Shown in pieces: positions 1-8,848 of a stretch of DNA of 64,000 bases; within the stretch, counting starts at the first letter, position 1; each line of letters starts with the position of its first letter. The translations under genes and the position numbers were made by a program. A model generated the notes under the pieces. It was not told where the DNA came from and made no database searches. It saw nothing but the letters and a program-made list of their open reading frames with translations. The stretch comes from Novosphingobium sp. Its GTDB lineage: Bacteria; Pseudomonadota; Alphaproteobacteria; Sphingomonadales; Sphingomonadaceae. The DNA lies in NCBI GenBank assembly GCA_047605105.1, contig JASGGH010000004.1, positions 4,320 to 68,319 of the forward strand, given 5' to 3'.

Positions 1-72
1 CAGGTGCTCGATTGCTACCGGGTGATCGGGGAGCTTGCCGCCAGTCTCGAACGACAGGACGGCTGGTCCTGA
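1..72 (+). CDS. 3' end of a gene truncated by the window edge (product unknown)
   Basis: Open frame QVLDCYRVIGELAASLERQDGWS* with GC-rich codon usage; converges on the MarR stop at 77. Confidence 0.4.
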   Translation, partial: QVLDCYRVIGELAASLERQDGWS

Positions 73-76
73 CCGA

Positions 77-646
77 TCAGCCCTCCGTGCTCTCGGGGGC
101 GGTCTCGGGATCGATGACCAGCGGCTTGGTGTAGACGGCCTCGCCCCGGATCGCCCGCAGCATGACCGCGAACTTGCGGATCTCGTCGGGCGTATATTCG
201 GCCATGTTGGTCCGAATGATCCGCGAGGTCTCCGCGCGGATCTCCGCCAAGGCGCTTTCGCCCAATTCGGTCAAGGTCAGCTCGGTGCGGCGGCGATCCA
301 CCTCGCCCGGGCGCGAGGCCACCAGGCCGGCGTCGGTCAGGCGGGAAAGCTCCGCGGTGATCAGGCTGCGCCCGCAGCACAGCGCATCGGCCAGTTCGAG
401 CGGATAGAGCATGCCGTTCGACAGCAGGTTCAGGATGAAGGCGCCGCGCGGGCCGAGCTTGTAGAGCTTGATGATCTTCTCGTTGCCCTCGCGCAGTGGT
501 CGCTGCGCAAAGGCGATGCCCTCGCAGATGAAGCCGATGTCGAGCCAGTCGAGCTCGCCGGTGCGCTCGGTCCCGTTGTGCGAGCTGGTGATCCGGCGCA
601 GCGGCGCCCGCGGATTGCTTTGGGTGGACCTTATCGTTTCGTTCAT
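77..646 (-). CDS. MarR-family transcriptional regulator
   Basis: Winged-HTH signature (ELADALCCGRSLITAELSRLTDAGLV...DRRRTELTLTELG); ATG at 646 overlaps the HiPIP stop (ATGA). Confidence 0.85.
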   Translation of the reverse strand: MNETIRSTQSNPRAPLRRITSSHNGTERTGELDWLDIGFICEGIAFAQRPLREGNEKIIKLYKLGPRGAFILNLLSNGMLYPLELADALCCGRSLITAELSRLTDAGLVASRPGEVDRRRTELTLTELGESALAEIRAETSRIIRTNMAEYTPDEIRKFAVMLRAIRGEAVYTKPLVIDPETAPESTEG

Positions 647-951
647 TTCGGCTTCGGTGCAAAGGAGGTGCAGAACGCGGACTGCGAGGTTGGTCCGCCG
701 CTGAGGATCTGGCAAGAGCCGCAGTCGTTCTGCGTAGGAACGAAGAAGGCGCAGGTGCCGCATTTCTTGGTCGCATCGGGTGCCGGATCGACGAACCCGA
801 CCGAGCGACGCATGTTCTTCTGCGCCAGCGGCAGCGTGGCCATGTCGTAGCACGCCGACTTGGCCTGCGCGAAGCCCTGGCGCACGCCCAGCAAGGCGGC
901 AACCGGCGCGAGGCCGGCGATGGTGAGGAACTGGCGGCGCCCCTTGATCAT
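643..951 (-). CDS. Tat-exported high-potential iron-sulfur protein (HiPIP)-like
   Basis: Twin-arginine signal GRRQFL; CGTCAFF...CQI...FCTSF Cys spacing typical of HiPIPs; GGGAG RBS. Confidence 0.8.
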   Translation of the reverse strand: MIKGRRQFLTIAGLAPVAALLGVRQGFAQAKSACYDMATLPLAQKNMRRSVGFVDPAPDATKKCGTCAFFVPTQNDCGSCQILSGGPTSQSAFCTSFAPKPK

Positions 952-1209
952 TACTAAACTCCCTTGGCATTCGGAACGGCTTGTCGCCAGTTCCCGATTG
1001 TTTTGTTCCGATTAGGAGAGTTTTGCGTCGGCATTCCCGCCGCGACCATGCTTTGCGACGGTGCCCGCACGGGTTCGACCGCGCCGCCGCGCGACGTGAT
1101 TGTCATGGCCTGAGAGTTCTGCCCAACCCTCGCGCCACAGCCGAAACCGCGGCACAGGCCGCCGTCGCTCGCAAGACGATCTCCTGATCGGTTCTCTTTC
1201 CCTGCCGTT

Positions 1210-1226
1210 AATTCAGCAGTTGAATT
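1210..1226. promoter_or_regulatory. AT-rich palindrome, candidate operator
   Basis: AATTCA-gcagt-TGAATT upstream of the HiPIP-MarR unit. Confidence 0.35.
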
Positions 1227-1297
1227 GGCCGATCGTAGGTGAAGACCGGCTGAACGGCCAGCGGGACTTTGTCACGAAGTTCGGCGGAGCGGGAAAG

Positions 1298-2467
1298 TCA
1301 GTCCCTGGCGAGCAGCAGCGCGGCCGCCAGCGGCCCGCCGCCGGAGGTCGCCACGGCGACCTTGGGATCGCCGGGGACCTGCCGCGCGCCGCCCTGGCCG
1401 CGCAGTTGCAGCACGGCCTCGTGGGCGAAGCCGAAGCCGTGGAGCCGCCCCGCGCCGATCTGGCCGCCGCCGGTATTGAGCGGCAGCTCGCCGTCGATCG
1501 CGATGCGCGTGCCGCCCTCGATGAACTTGTGCCCTTCGCCGATCTCGCAAAAGCCCAGGGCCTCGAGCCAGGAGATCGGGAAGAAGGCGAAGCCGTCGTA
1601 GAACTGGACGGTGTCGACGTCCTTGGGCTTGTAGTCGGTCTTCGACCAGAGCTCCGGGCCGGTGGCGTAGGAGGCCATCCATTCGGCCTGGTCCCACGAC
1701 CAGCGCTCGACGCTGCCCGCGCTGGCGGCGAGGCGGACGGGGGTGGACTTGACCTCGTCGAGCGCGTCGCCGGCCGAGACGATGATCACGGTCGAGCAGT
1801 CCGAGAAGCGGTCGCAGTCGTAGAGGCAGAACGGCGAGGTGATCGGGCGGCCGGCCATGTACTTGTCCATGGTCAGCGGTTCCTTGGTGATGTTCCTGGC
1901 CCGCGGGTTGAGCGAGGCGTTGCGCGTCGCGTTGAGCGCCACCTGGGCGAGCTGTTCGCGGGTCATCCCGTAGCGGTGCATGTGGCGCATCGCGTACTGG
2001 CCCACCCAGCAGGCCGCCGAGATCGCGAAATAGGGCGCGGTCCACTGCGAGTAGCCCTCGACCTGGGTGCGGCGCAGCGGAGCGAATTCCTCGGGGCGGG
2101 ACATCGCCGCGGCTTCGTAGACCGTGCGGAAGCAGATCACGTGGCGGGCGTGCCCGGCGCGGATCGCATCGGCGGCGGTGGCGATGGCGGAGAGCTGGGC
2201 GGGGACTTCCGCCGCGCCGTTGTGCCAGCGCGCCTTGATCCCGAAGGCTTCGATCACCTCGTCCACCCCGACCGGCGAGAAGCCGAGGTAGCCGTGGCTC
2301 TTGCCCGGATAGGAGCAGACCCCGTCGATCTGGGAAAGGGTCAGGCCGGCGTCGGCGAGGGCCTCCATGATCGCGTCCTTGGTCAGGCCCATCGGCGAGC
2401 GGGCGAGCCGCACGCCGACCTCGGACTGGCCGATGCCGGTGACGTAGACTTCGCTTGCGATACCCAT
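1298..2467 (-). CDS. Thiolase-like protein (SCP-x/Ltp2 type)
   Basis: VTGIGQS start, LYDCD, YDGF and NTGGGQIGAGRLHG motifs; adjacent to a DUF35 gene. Confidence 0.85.
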   Translation of the reverse strand: MGIASEVYVTGIGQSEVGVRLARSPMGLTKDAIMEALADAGLTLSQIDGVCSYPGKSHGYLGFSPVGVDEVIEAFGIKARWHNGAAEVPAQLSAIATAADAIRAGHARHVICFRTVYEAAAMSRPEEFAPLRRTQVEGYSQWTAPYFAISAACWVGQYAMRHMHRYGMTREQLAQVALNATRNASLNPRARNITKEPLTMDKYMAGRPITSPFCLYDCDRFSDCSTVIIVSAGDALDEVKSTPVRLAASAGSVERWSWDQAEWMASYATGPELWSKTDYKPKDVDTVQFYDGFAFFPISWLEALGFCEIGEGHKFIEGGTRIAIDGELPLNTGGGQIGAGRLHGFGFAHEAVLQLRGQGGARQVPGDPKVAVATSGGGPLAAALLLARD

Positions 2468-2469
2468 GC

Positions 2470-2898
2470 TCAGGCCACCCCCTCGGCTGTGTTCGGGACA
2501 TGCTTCTCGAACACGGGAAACCAGATGCCGTCCTGCTCGTCGAAGGTCACCTTGACCTTGTCATCGAACTTCACGTCATCGACGTCGCAATTGACGATGT
2601 TGGTGGTCAGCACCACGCCGGGTACGCCGTCGAGGCGGACGCGGGCGATCACGAACGGCACTTCGAGGCCGGGCATCCAGGCCTGGTAGTTGATCGTGAA
2701 GGTATCGATCTCGCCGGTTCCCGCGACTGCCTCGGCCACCATGTTCTCCGACTGGCAATGCCGGCAGATCCGCCGCGGCGGGTGGGTGAACTGCCCGCAA
2801 TCCTTGCACTTCAGCATGTTCAGCTTGCCCTCCGCGCCGCCGGTCCAGAAGGCGCGGTTGTCGTCGTCGAGCTTGGGACGGGGGCGGGGAGGGTTCAT
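2470..2898 (-). CDS. DUF35 Zn-ribbon/OB-fold protein
   Basis: FW-G...CKDCG...PPRRICRHC followed by an OB fold; typical thiolase partner. Confidence 0.9.
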   Translation of the reverse strand: MNPPRPRPKLDDDNRAFWTGGAEGKLNMLKCKDCGQFTHPPRRICRHCQSENMVAEAVAGTGEIDTFTINYQAWMPGLEVPFVIARVRLDGVPGVVLTTNIVNCDVDDVKFDDKVKVTFDEQDGIWFPVFEKHVPNTAEGVA

Positions 2899-2914
2899 CT
2901 GGGGTCTCCGCGGA

Positions 2915-3775
2915 TTAGAGCTTGCTGCCGCCCATGAACGAGGGATCGATCGCCCCGGTCATGACGCCGTCGGCAAAGCCCTGGTCGGTGTAGAGCAGCG
3001 CGCCGGTGACGGTCGCGTTGAGCTTGCTGTTGAGCAGGACGAGCGGCCAGGCCTGGTCCTCGGCCGTGGCCATCCGGCCGAGCGAGGGATAGGGCCAGGC
3101 ATCGAGGAAGCCTTCGGGCAGCAGCTTTTCCTGCTCGTCCATGAAGGCCGTGCGGGTCGGGCAGGGGGCGATGGCGTTGAGCCGGATGCGCCGGTCGAGG
3201 CCGAGCTTGACCGCGGCGTGGTGGGTCCAGACGATCAGCATTTCCTTGGAAGTGGTATAGCCGTCGCGGACGCGCTTGTCGGGATCGGCTTCGCACCAGG
3301 CATAGGCTGCGTCGGGATCGGAAATCGCCAGCATCTCCATCGACTGGGCCAGGTTCTTCTGCCAGCCCATCGCCGCGTCGGAGGAGATCAGCGCGATTCC
3401 GGCGCCGTCTTCCAGCGCAGGCAGCAGGCTCTCCACGAACAGTCGCGTGCCGATGTAGTTGACCCGCATGCAATAGAGCGGGCCCTTGATCATCGGCGGC
3501 AGGCCAGCGCAGGGGAACAGGAACTGGATCGGGCTTCCAGCATCCGATGTGGCGGCCTTGAGCGCCGCGGCCGTGGCGCGGACCTGGGCGAAGTCCGACA
3601 GGTCGCACTGGTGGAACGCCTCGTGCGGCACCTTGGGCGCCTGGATGTCGACGATGTGGACCTTGGCCCCCAGCTCGCCGAGGATCCGGGCGACCTGCTC
3701 GCCCATGCCCGATGCGCCGCCGGTGACGACGCAAGTCGTGCCGCGATAGCCAAGTCCGTCGAGATTGCCTGTCAT
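2915..3775 (-). CDS. SDR oxidoreductase (3-alpha-HSD/coniferyl-alcohol dehydrogenase-like)
   Basis: VVTGGASGMG, YTTSK catalytic motif; start at MTGNLD after GGAAAG. Confidence 0.85.
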   Translation of the reverse strand: MTGNLDGLGYRGTTCVVTGGASGMGEQVARILGELGAKVHIVDIQAPKVPHEAFHQCDLSDFAQVRATAAALKAATSDAGSPIQFLFPCAGLPPMIKGPLYCMRVNYIGTRLFVESLLPALEDGAGIALISSDAAMGWQKNLAQSMEMLAISDPDAAYAWCEADPDKRVRDGYTTSKEMLIVWTHHAAVKLGLDRRIRLNAIAPCPTRTAFMDEQEKLLPEGFLDAWPYPSLGRMATAEDQAWPLVLLNSKLNATVTGALLYTDQGFADGVMTGAIDPSFMGGSKL

Positions 3776-3887
3776 GTCGTTCTTTCCAATGCTCTGGCCC
3801 ATGTGCTTTGGTTCACGTGCTCGGGCCTCGCGGCGATTCCCGCAATGGCCATGCCTCAAGTATCGTCGCGGCGGAGTGCCGGCCTCC

Positions 3888-5057
3888 CTACCAGCGCCGC
3901 CGCCGTTGGCAGGCGCGGACCCGCCGGCGCAGTTCGTCGGCGCGCTCGTCGGGCGTGATCACCGGGGTGTCCGCGGGCAGGTGATCGCGCAGCTCGCTCA
4001 GCTTCACCCGCGTGATCGTCGGGGTCGGTTCGCTGTCGCACTCGTACCAGCGGCCGTAGATGCCGCCTTCGAGATAGCCTGCCGGGTCGAGCCAGTTGGG
4101 CACGCCCGGGTCTTCCAGCGAGATCACCGCATAGAACCTGCCGTCCGAGGCGACCTTGGCCTGATGGCCGTTGAGGCTCGAAATCCGGTAGACGTACTCC
4201 AGCGCGTTGAAGGTCGGGTCGTTGAGCTGGATGTTCCAGTAGGGGCGCTTCTCGGGCAGGTCGGTGGCGATGATCAGCGCTTCGTCTTCGTCGAGCTGGA
4301 ACACGGCCGGCCAATAGGTCTGCTTGACGAGGGCGCCGGGATAGCGGACCGGCTCGAACACGTTCCAGCCGACGTTGCGCTTCACGCTGTTCTGCATCTC
4401 GTAGTAGAGATCGGTCTTGCGCTTGGGGAACTTCGCCATCTCCACGATGCGCGCCTGGATGTCCGCGGGCGTCAGGCGCGGCTTGGGCGGGACCGGATCG
4501 AGGCATTCGATCGAGAGTTGCGGGTCGATCTCGTTCGCCCAGTCGTAGCTGCGGTAGCGCAGGTACATGTAGGTCGCCTCGGGGTCGATCCTGCCCCAGT
4601 GGCCGGTGTAGCCTTCCGGGCGTTCGGCGGAGAAGATGATCTCGAAGTCCTCGCCCAGGCCGATGCCGATGTCGTTGGTGTCGAGCTCGTTGTGGGCATT
4701 GGGCCGCGGCATGACGTCGACCGTGCCCGAGGCCGCCTTCTGGCTGGTGAACGACAGGATCGTGCAGGTACCGCGATTGCCCGACACGCGGTAGGTGTAT
4801 TTCCCGCTGATCGGCGACTGGACGTAGATGTCGTCCGGGTTCGGCTGCAGCGTGTAGACGGGGTTCCACAGCGGCGCCCAGTCGGGATGCTCGGCATCGG
4901 CATGGAAATAGGCGAAATAGGCGTAGGACAGGCTGGTCATGGTCTGGCGATAGACGTCGGCGCGATAGGCCGGCTCGTCCGGGTGCCAGGTGTTCTCCAG
5001 GTTATCGATCGCTCCCTGCAGCGGTTGCAGCAGGTCGAACAGGTCGGGCAGGCTCAT
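3888..5057 (-). CDS. DUF1214-like protein
   Basis: PNPDDIY, YRVSGNRG, YWNIQL...SSLN...DGRFYAVIS.EDPGVPNWLD motifs of the family often found beside sulfotransferases. Confidence 0.75.
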   Translation of the reverse strand: MSLPDLFDLLQPLQGAIDNLENTWHPDEPAYRADVYRQTMTSLSYAYFAYFHADAEHPDWAPLWNPVYTLQPNPDDIYVQSPISGKYTYRVSGNRGTCTILSFTSQKAASGTVDVMPRPNAHNELDTNDIGIGLGEDFEIIFSAERPEGYTGHWGRIDPEATYMYLRYRSYDWANEIDPQLSIECLDPVPPKPRLTPADIQARIVEMAKFPKRKTDLYYEMQNSVKRNVGWNVFEPVRYPGALVKQTYWPAVFQLDEDEALIIATDLPEKRPYWNIQLNDPTFNALEYVYRISSLNGHQAKVASDGRFYAVISLEDPGVPNWLDPAGYLEGGIYGRWYECDSEPTPTITRVKLSELRDHLPADTPVITPDERADELRRRVRACQRRRRW

Positions 5058-5449
5058 TTCTCGTCCTTTGCATCCATGTCTGCGAAGGCTTGGAGCATCG
5101 CCGCCTTCGCCACGTTGGCGGCCGGGAACCCTGCGTAGGGAATCGCGGTGTAGAAGATTTCCTCGAGTTCCGTGCGGCTCAGGCCGTTCGCCGTGCCCAT
5201 CTTGGTGTGATAGCGAATCTCCTCGGACGCGCGCAGGCCGATCAGCATGCCGAGCACGGCGCAGGAGCGTTCCTTGCGCGACAGGCCCTCGCGCGCCCAG
5301 ACCGAGCCGAAGGCCCATTCCATCGTCCAGCGCGCCTGCTCGGTGCCGAAGCCTTCGCCCTTCTCGTAAAAGGCCCGGGCGCCGTCCGCGAATTCCTTGC
5401 CGTAGATCTCCTCGAAGATTTCCAGCCCGCGCTTCTCACTATCGCTCAT
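5054..5449 (-). CDS. Carboxymuconolactone decarboxylase (PcaC-like) family protein
   Basis: FGSVWAREGLSRKERS...YAGFPA; ATGA-coupled on both sides. Confidence 0.85.
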   Translation of the reverse strand: MSDSEKRGLEIFEEIYGKEFADGARAFYEKGEGFGTEQARWTMEWAFGSVWAREGLSRKERSCAVLGMLIGLRASEEIRYHTKMGTANGLSRTELEEIFYTAIPYAGFPAANVAKAAMLQAFADMDAKDEK

Positions 5450-6462
5450 ATCACGTGTACCTTCGTTTCGTTGTTGGAGCCGCGCAGCGTGTCCATCATG
5501 GCGGGCAGCCCGATCAGCGGGATCTCGTTGGTGATGATCGCCTTGGGGTCGGCATGGCCCGCTCCGACCAGATGGTCCCGGTCCATCTGGTCGGCGATGT
5601 AGAGGAAGTCGCGCATCTCGTAGCCGACCAGGAACTGCAGGGTCACGCACTTGTACGAGCCCATCGCGGGCATGACGGGATCGGGATGGGTGCAGAAGCC
5701 GAGGCTGACCACCGTGCCGTAGAGCTTGGCGTGCATGATCGCCTTCGCCAGCATGCCCTCGACCCCGACGCATTCGTAGACGATGTCGGGTGAGCCGCCG
5801 AGCGCCTCGATCGTCTCGCCGATCTCGTTGTCGCCGAACTGGACGAAGGCGTCCGCGCCCATCTCCAGGCACAGGTCCTTGCGCCGCGCAGAGCGCGACA
5901 TGGCGACGATCTTGCCCGCGCCGAGCCGCCGCGCCCAGTAGATCGCATAGAGCGCCACCGCGCCGCCGCCGAGCACCACCACCTTGTCGCCCGGCTTGAT
6001 GTTCGACTTGCGCACTCCGTAGAGGCTGACCGCGAGCGGCTCGACCAGCGCGCCGTCGGCCATCGACAGCGTATCGGGCAGGCGGATCGCGACGTCGGTG
6101 GGCACCTGCGCATATTCGGCGAAGCCGCGCATCGCGCTGGCTCCGTTGCGGCACAGCACCGGGTTGCCGCCCCTGCAGCCTTCGCACTGCCCGCAGGAGC
6201 CCGAAGGCAGCACCGCGATCCTGTCGCCCAGCTTGTAGCCGGTCACCCCGCTGCCCAGCGCGACGACCTCGCCGGCATATTCGTGGCCGAGCCGGCTGCC
6301 CGCGCCGTAGTCCCATATCTCGCCCCTGGTCATCGACAGGTCGGTGCCGCAGATGCCGCAGCGGTGGACCTTGATGACGACCTCGTTCGCTGCGGGAGCG
6401 GGATCGGCGACATCCTCGATGACGACCGGCTTGCCTTCGCCGGGATAGACTGCGGCCTTCAT
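5446..6462 (-). CDS. Zn-dependent alcohol dehydrogenase (MDR)
   Basis: CGICGTD, GHEYAG, CGQCEGC...C structural zinc site, GGGAVA. Confidence 0.92.
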   Translation of the reverse strand: MKAAVYPGEGKPVVIEDVADPAPAANEVVIKVHRCGICGTDLSMTRGEIWDYGAGSRLGHEYAGEVVALGSGVTGYKLGDRIAVLPSGSCGQCEGCRGGNPVLCRNGASAMRGFAEYAQVPTDVAIRLPDTLSMADGALVEPLAVSLYGVRKSNIKPGDKVVVLGGGAVALYAIYWARRLGAGKIVAMSRSARRKDLCLEMGADAFVQFGDNEIGETIEALGGSPDIVYECVGVEGMLAKAIMHAKLYGTVVSLGFCTHPDPVMPAMGSYKCVTLQFLVGYEMRDFLYIADQMDRDHLVGAGHADPKAIITNEIPLIGLPAMMDTLRGSNNETKVHVI

Positions 6463-6464
6463 AG

Positions 6465-6572
6465 CCCTTCCCCTTCAGGGGAGGGGTTGGGGTGGGGAAT
6501 GTGGCAGGTGCAATCTGTGCTATCCCGACAGCCCCCACCCTCACCCCCAGCCCCTCCCCTGAAGGGGAGGGG
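6465..6572. repeat. REP-like doublet (CCCCTCCCCTGAAGGGGAGGGG type)
   Basis: Two inverted palindromic units flanking a spacer in an intercistronic gap. Confidence 0.8.
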
Positions 6573-6586
6573 AGTTCTGGCGCAAT

Positions 6587-7789
6587 TCATCGTTTATTCT
6601 CCACCAGGTCGAAGCGCTGGACGTAGTCGCCGAACGGCGCGCGCACTTCGGCTTCGGTCATGCCGAAATCGGCGATCGAATAGCGGTGCTGGCCGAACTG
6701 CAGCTCGGGCTTTTCCTCGATCCGCCCGGCAAAGCCCCGGCGGGTCTCGTCGGGGATGTCCCAGCCGATGAAGCGGTAGATCTTTTCCAGCACGCCCACC
6801 GGATCGCCGTGGAATTCGAGGTGGGCCACGTCGAGCACCTGGCCGGGATGGCTCTCGCGGACCTTGTCGCACTTCCCGACCGCGCTCGCCCACTTGGCGA
6901 CCTCGCGGCGCAGCATGATGTGCGCGCGCTGCTCGTAGCGGCCTTCCTCCATCTTGCCGTGGAGCTGCATGAGGAGCGACACCAGCGAGGGAACCGCTTG
7001 GGCCGGATCGCGGTGGGTCTGGATCACCTTGGCGTCGGGGAAGACTGCGAAGAGCAGGTCGAGCGTCTCGATGTGCCCGGGGTTCTTGAGCAGCCAGCGC
7101 TTCTCCGGCTCGCTCGAGCCGATCAACTGCACGCACTTCAGGTAGTGCCGATAGGCGTTCGCCTCGCTCTGGTCCTGCCACCAGGCGTCGTAGGTCGCGC
7201 TCGAATGCATGCAGGACAGGATGTTCGAGACGAAGGCCTGGCGCAGCAGCATGCAGCATTCGTGGACTTCCTCGGCCACGACATTGTGCGCTGCGCGCTT
7301 CTGCGGGGCGGCGGCGTAGCGCGCTTCCAGTCTGGCGACGCTCTTCCGGAACTCGGGATACCGGCCCCAGGTGTCGAGCGGCGGGCGCGGCATCGGGCTG
7401 TCGAGCAGCCAGGTCTGCAGCCCCTGGAAGCGCGGATCGACCGCCATCAGCCGGTGCAGCGCCGTGGTGCCGGTGCGCGGCACGCCGGTGATGACCACCG
7501 GGCTGACCACGGGATGCGCATCGAAGCCGGGATTCTCCCGCATCGACTTGTAGGCCTGGGCGCGGCCGCGCAGCACGCTGACGACTTCGCCCCAGGCGAC
7601 CTTGCGGCCCAACTCGGTGAAGCGCGGGTCGTAGTCCATGCCCTGGAGCAGGACCGTGAGGCCCGGAAGGTAGTCGTCGGGGCCGAAGTCGCCGGGCTCG
7701 TTTTTCAGGCCGACTTCGGCCGCGACGATCTCGTGAAGTTGGTCGAGCGCGGTACGGAATTGGGCGGGGGGCGCGTAGCCGAGCTCCAT
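6587..7789 (-). CDS. PAPS-dependent sulfotransferase family protein
   Basis: 5'-PSB loop ITGVPRTGTTALH; WLLKNPGH; THRDP 3'-PB motif. Confidence 0.9.
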   Translation of the reverse strand: MELGYAPPAQFRTALDQLHEIVAAEVGLKNEPGDFGPDDYLPGLTVLLQGMDYDPRFTELGRKVAWGEVVSVLRGRAQAYKSMRENPGFDAHPVVSPVVITGVPRTGTTALHRLMAVDPRFQGLQTWLLDSPMPRPPLDTWGRYPEFRKSVARLEARYAAAPQKRAAHNVVAEEVHECCMLLRQAFVSNILSCMHSSATYDAWWQDQSEANAYRHYLKCVQLIGSSEPEKRWLLKNPGHIETLDLLFAVFPDAKVIQTHRDPAQAVPSLVSLLMQLHGKMEEGRYEQRAHIMLRREVAKWASAVGKCDKVRESHPGQVLDVAHLEFHGDPVGVLEKIYRFIGWDIPDETRRGFAGRIEEKPELQFGQHRYSIADFGMTEAEVRAPFGDYVQRFDLVENKR

Positions 7790-7793
7790 GGGC

Positions 7794-8588
7794 CTAGTCG
7801 TCCGTGTCGATCATCCCGCCGAGTGGCACCCCGCCGCCGACGGCTACCGTCTCGCCGGTGATGTAGGAAGCGGCGTCGCTCGCGAAGAAGACGATCATCT
7901 GCGCGACTTCGCGGGTTTCGCCGTAGCGGCGCAGGGCGAAGGAGTGCCTGGCGACCCCGGGGGCGTCGAAGCCGCTTTTGTCCCAGCCCTCGCGGGCCTT
8001 CTCGGTCGCGGTCATGCCGGGGGCGACGCAGTTCACCCGCACGCCGTAGTGGCCCCATTCCGCCGCCGAGACGCGGGTGAGCATCTGCACCCCAGCCTTG
8101 GCCGCCGAATAGGCCGCGACGCCCTTGGTCCCGTTGATCCCGGCCATCGAGGAGATGTTGACCACATTGCCCCTGGTCTGCCGCAGGTGCGGCAGGGCGG
8201 CCTGCGAGAGGTACATCGCGGCGTTGAGGTTGAGCTGGACGTCGCGGTCCCACCTGGCCGGGTCGAGCCGGGCCAGCGGGGTGTGCGAACCGGCGCCGCC
8301 GGCGTTGTTGACCAGGATGTCGAGCCGCCCGAATTCGGCGATGACCCGCTCGATCAGGAGCGGCGCCTGTTCAGCCAGCCGCACGTCGGCAGGCACGCAG
8401 AGCGCGCGGCGGCCGAGCGTGCGGATTTCCTCGGCGGCCGGCTCGAGCTTCTCGGGCCTGCGCCCGGCGATCGCCACGTCGGCGCCGCGCTCGGCGAGGA
8501 GCAGCGCGGTCGCCCGGCCGATCCCGGTGCCGCCGCCGGTGACCAGGGCTACGCGGCCGGAAAGGTCGAATTCGGCCAAAGTCACCAT
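7794..8588 (-). CDS. SDR oxidoreductase
   Basis: VTGGGTGIG, NNAG, YSAAK; GGAGAGG RBS. Confidence 0.92.
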   Translation of the reverse strand: MVTLAEFDLSGRVALVTGGGTGIGRATALLLAERGADVAIAGRRPEKLEPAAEEIRTLGRRALCVPADVRLAEQAPLLIERVIAEFGRLDILVNNAGGAGSHTPLARLDPARWDRDVQLNLNAAMYLSQAALPHLRQTRGNVVNISSMAGINGTKGVAAYSAAKAGVQMLTRVSAAEWGHYGVRVNCVAPGMTATEKAREGWDKSGFDAPGVARHSFALRRYGETREVAQMIVFFASDAASYITGETVAVGGGVPLGGMIDTDD

Positions 8589-8592
8589 TGCA

Positions 8593-8763
8593 TCATCCTC
8601 TCCCGTGGCGCCGGCAGGTGCGGACGCGGGCCCGCAGCTCCTCGGCGCGGTGTTCCGGGGCGCGGTGTTCCGGATCGTCGGGGCGCCAGGGATCGGTGAT
8701 CCCGTCGACCGCACGCTGCGGGTCGGCGAGGCAATCGAGCAGGGGGGCGATCGGCTTGTTCAC
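8593..8763 (-). pseudogene. Internally deleted relic of a DUF1214-like gene (56-aa mini-ORF)
   Basis: N-part LLDCLADPQRAVDGITDPWRPDDPEHRA matches LFDLLQPLQGAIDNLENTWHPDEPAYRA, and C-part RAEELRARVRTCRR matches RADELRRRVRACQR, of gene 3888-5057. Confidence 0.7.
8644..8673. repeat. Perfect 15-bp tandem duplication
   Basis: GGCGCGGTGTTCCGG x2, at the junction of the mini-gene. Confidence 0.9.
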
Positions 8764-8802
8764 GAATGCATCCTCGGGCGGCGAAATTTCGACTCGCGCA
8801 TT

Positions 8803-8822
8803 TAGATAGTAATCGCTATCTA
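8803..8822. promoter_or_regulatory. Candidate TetR operator
   Basis: TAGATAG-N6-CTATCTA palindrome between the divergent operon and tetR. Confidence 0.6.
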
Positions 8823-8848
8823 TTGGCGAGCAAGAGGGAATTGAGCCT

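Noticed and set aside
981-1187. 68-aa ORF in the gap between the HiPIP and thiolase-like genes
   Set aside because: No RBS, Arg-rich non-coding-like composition, no motif
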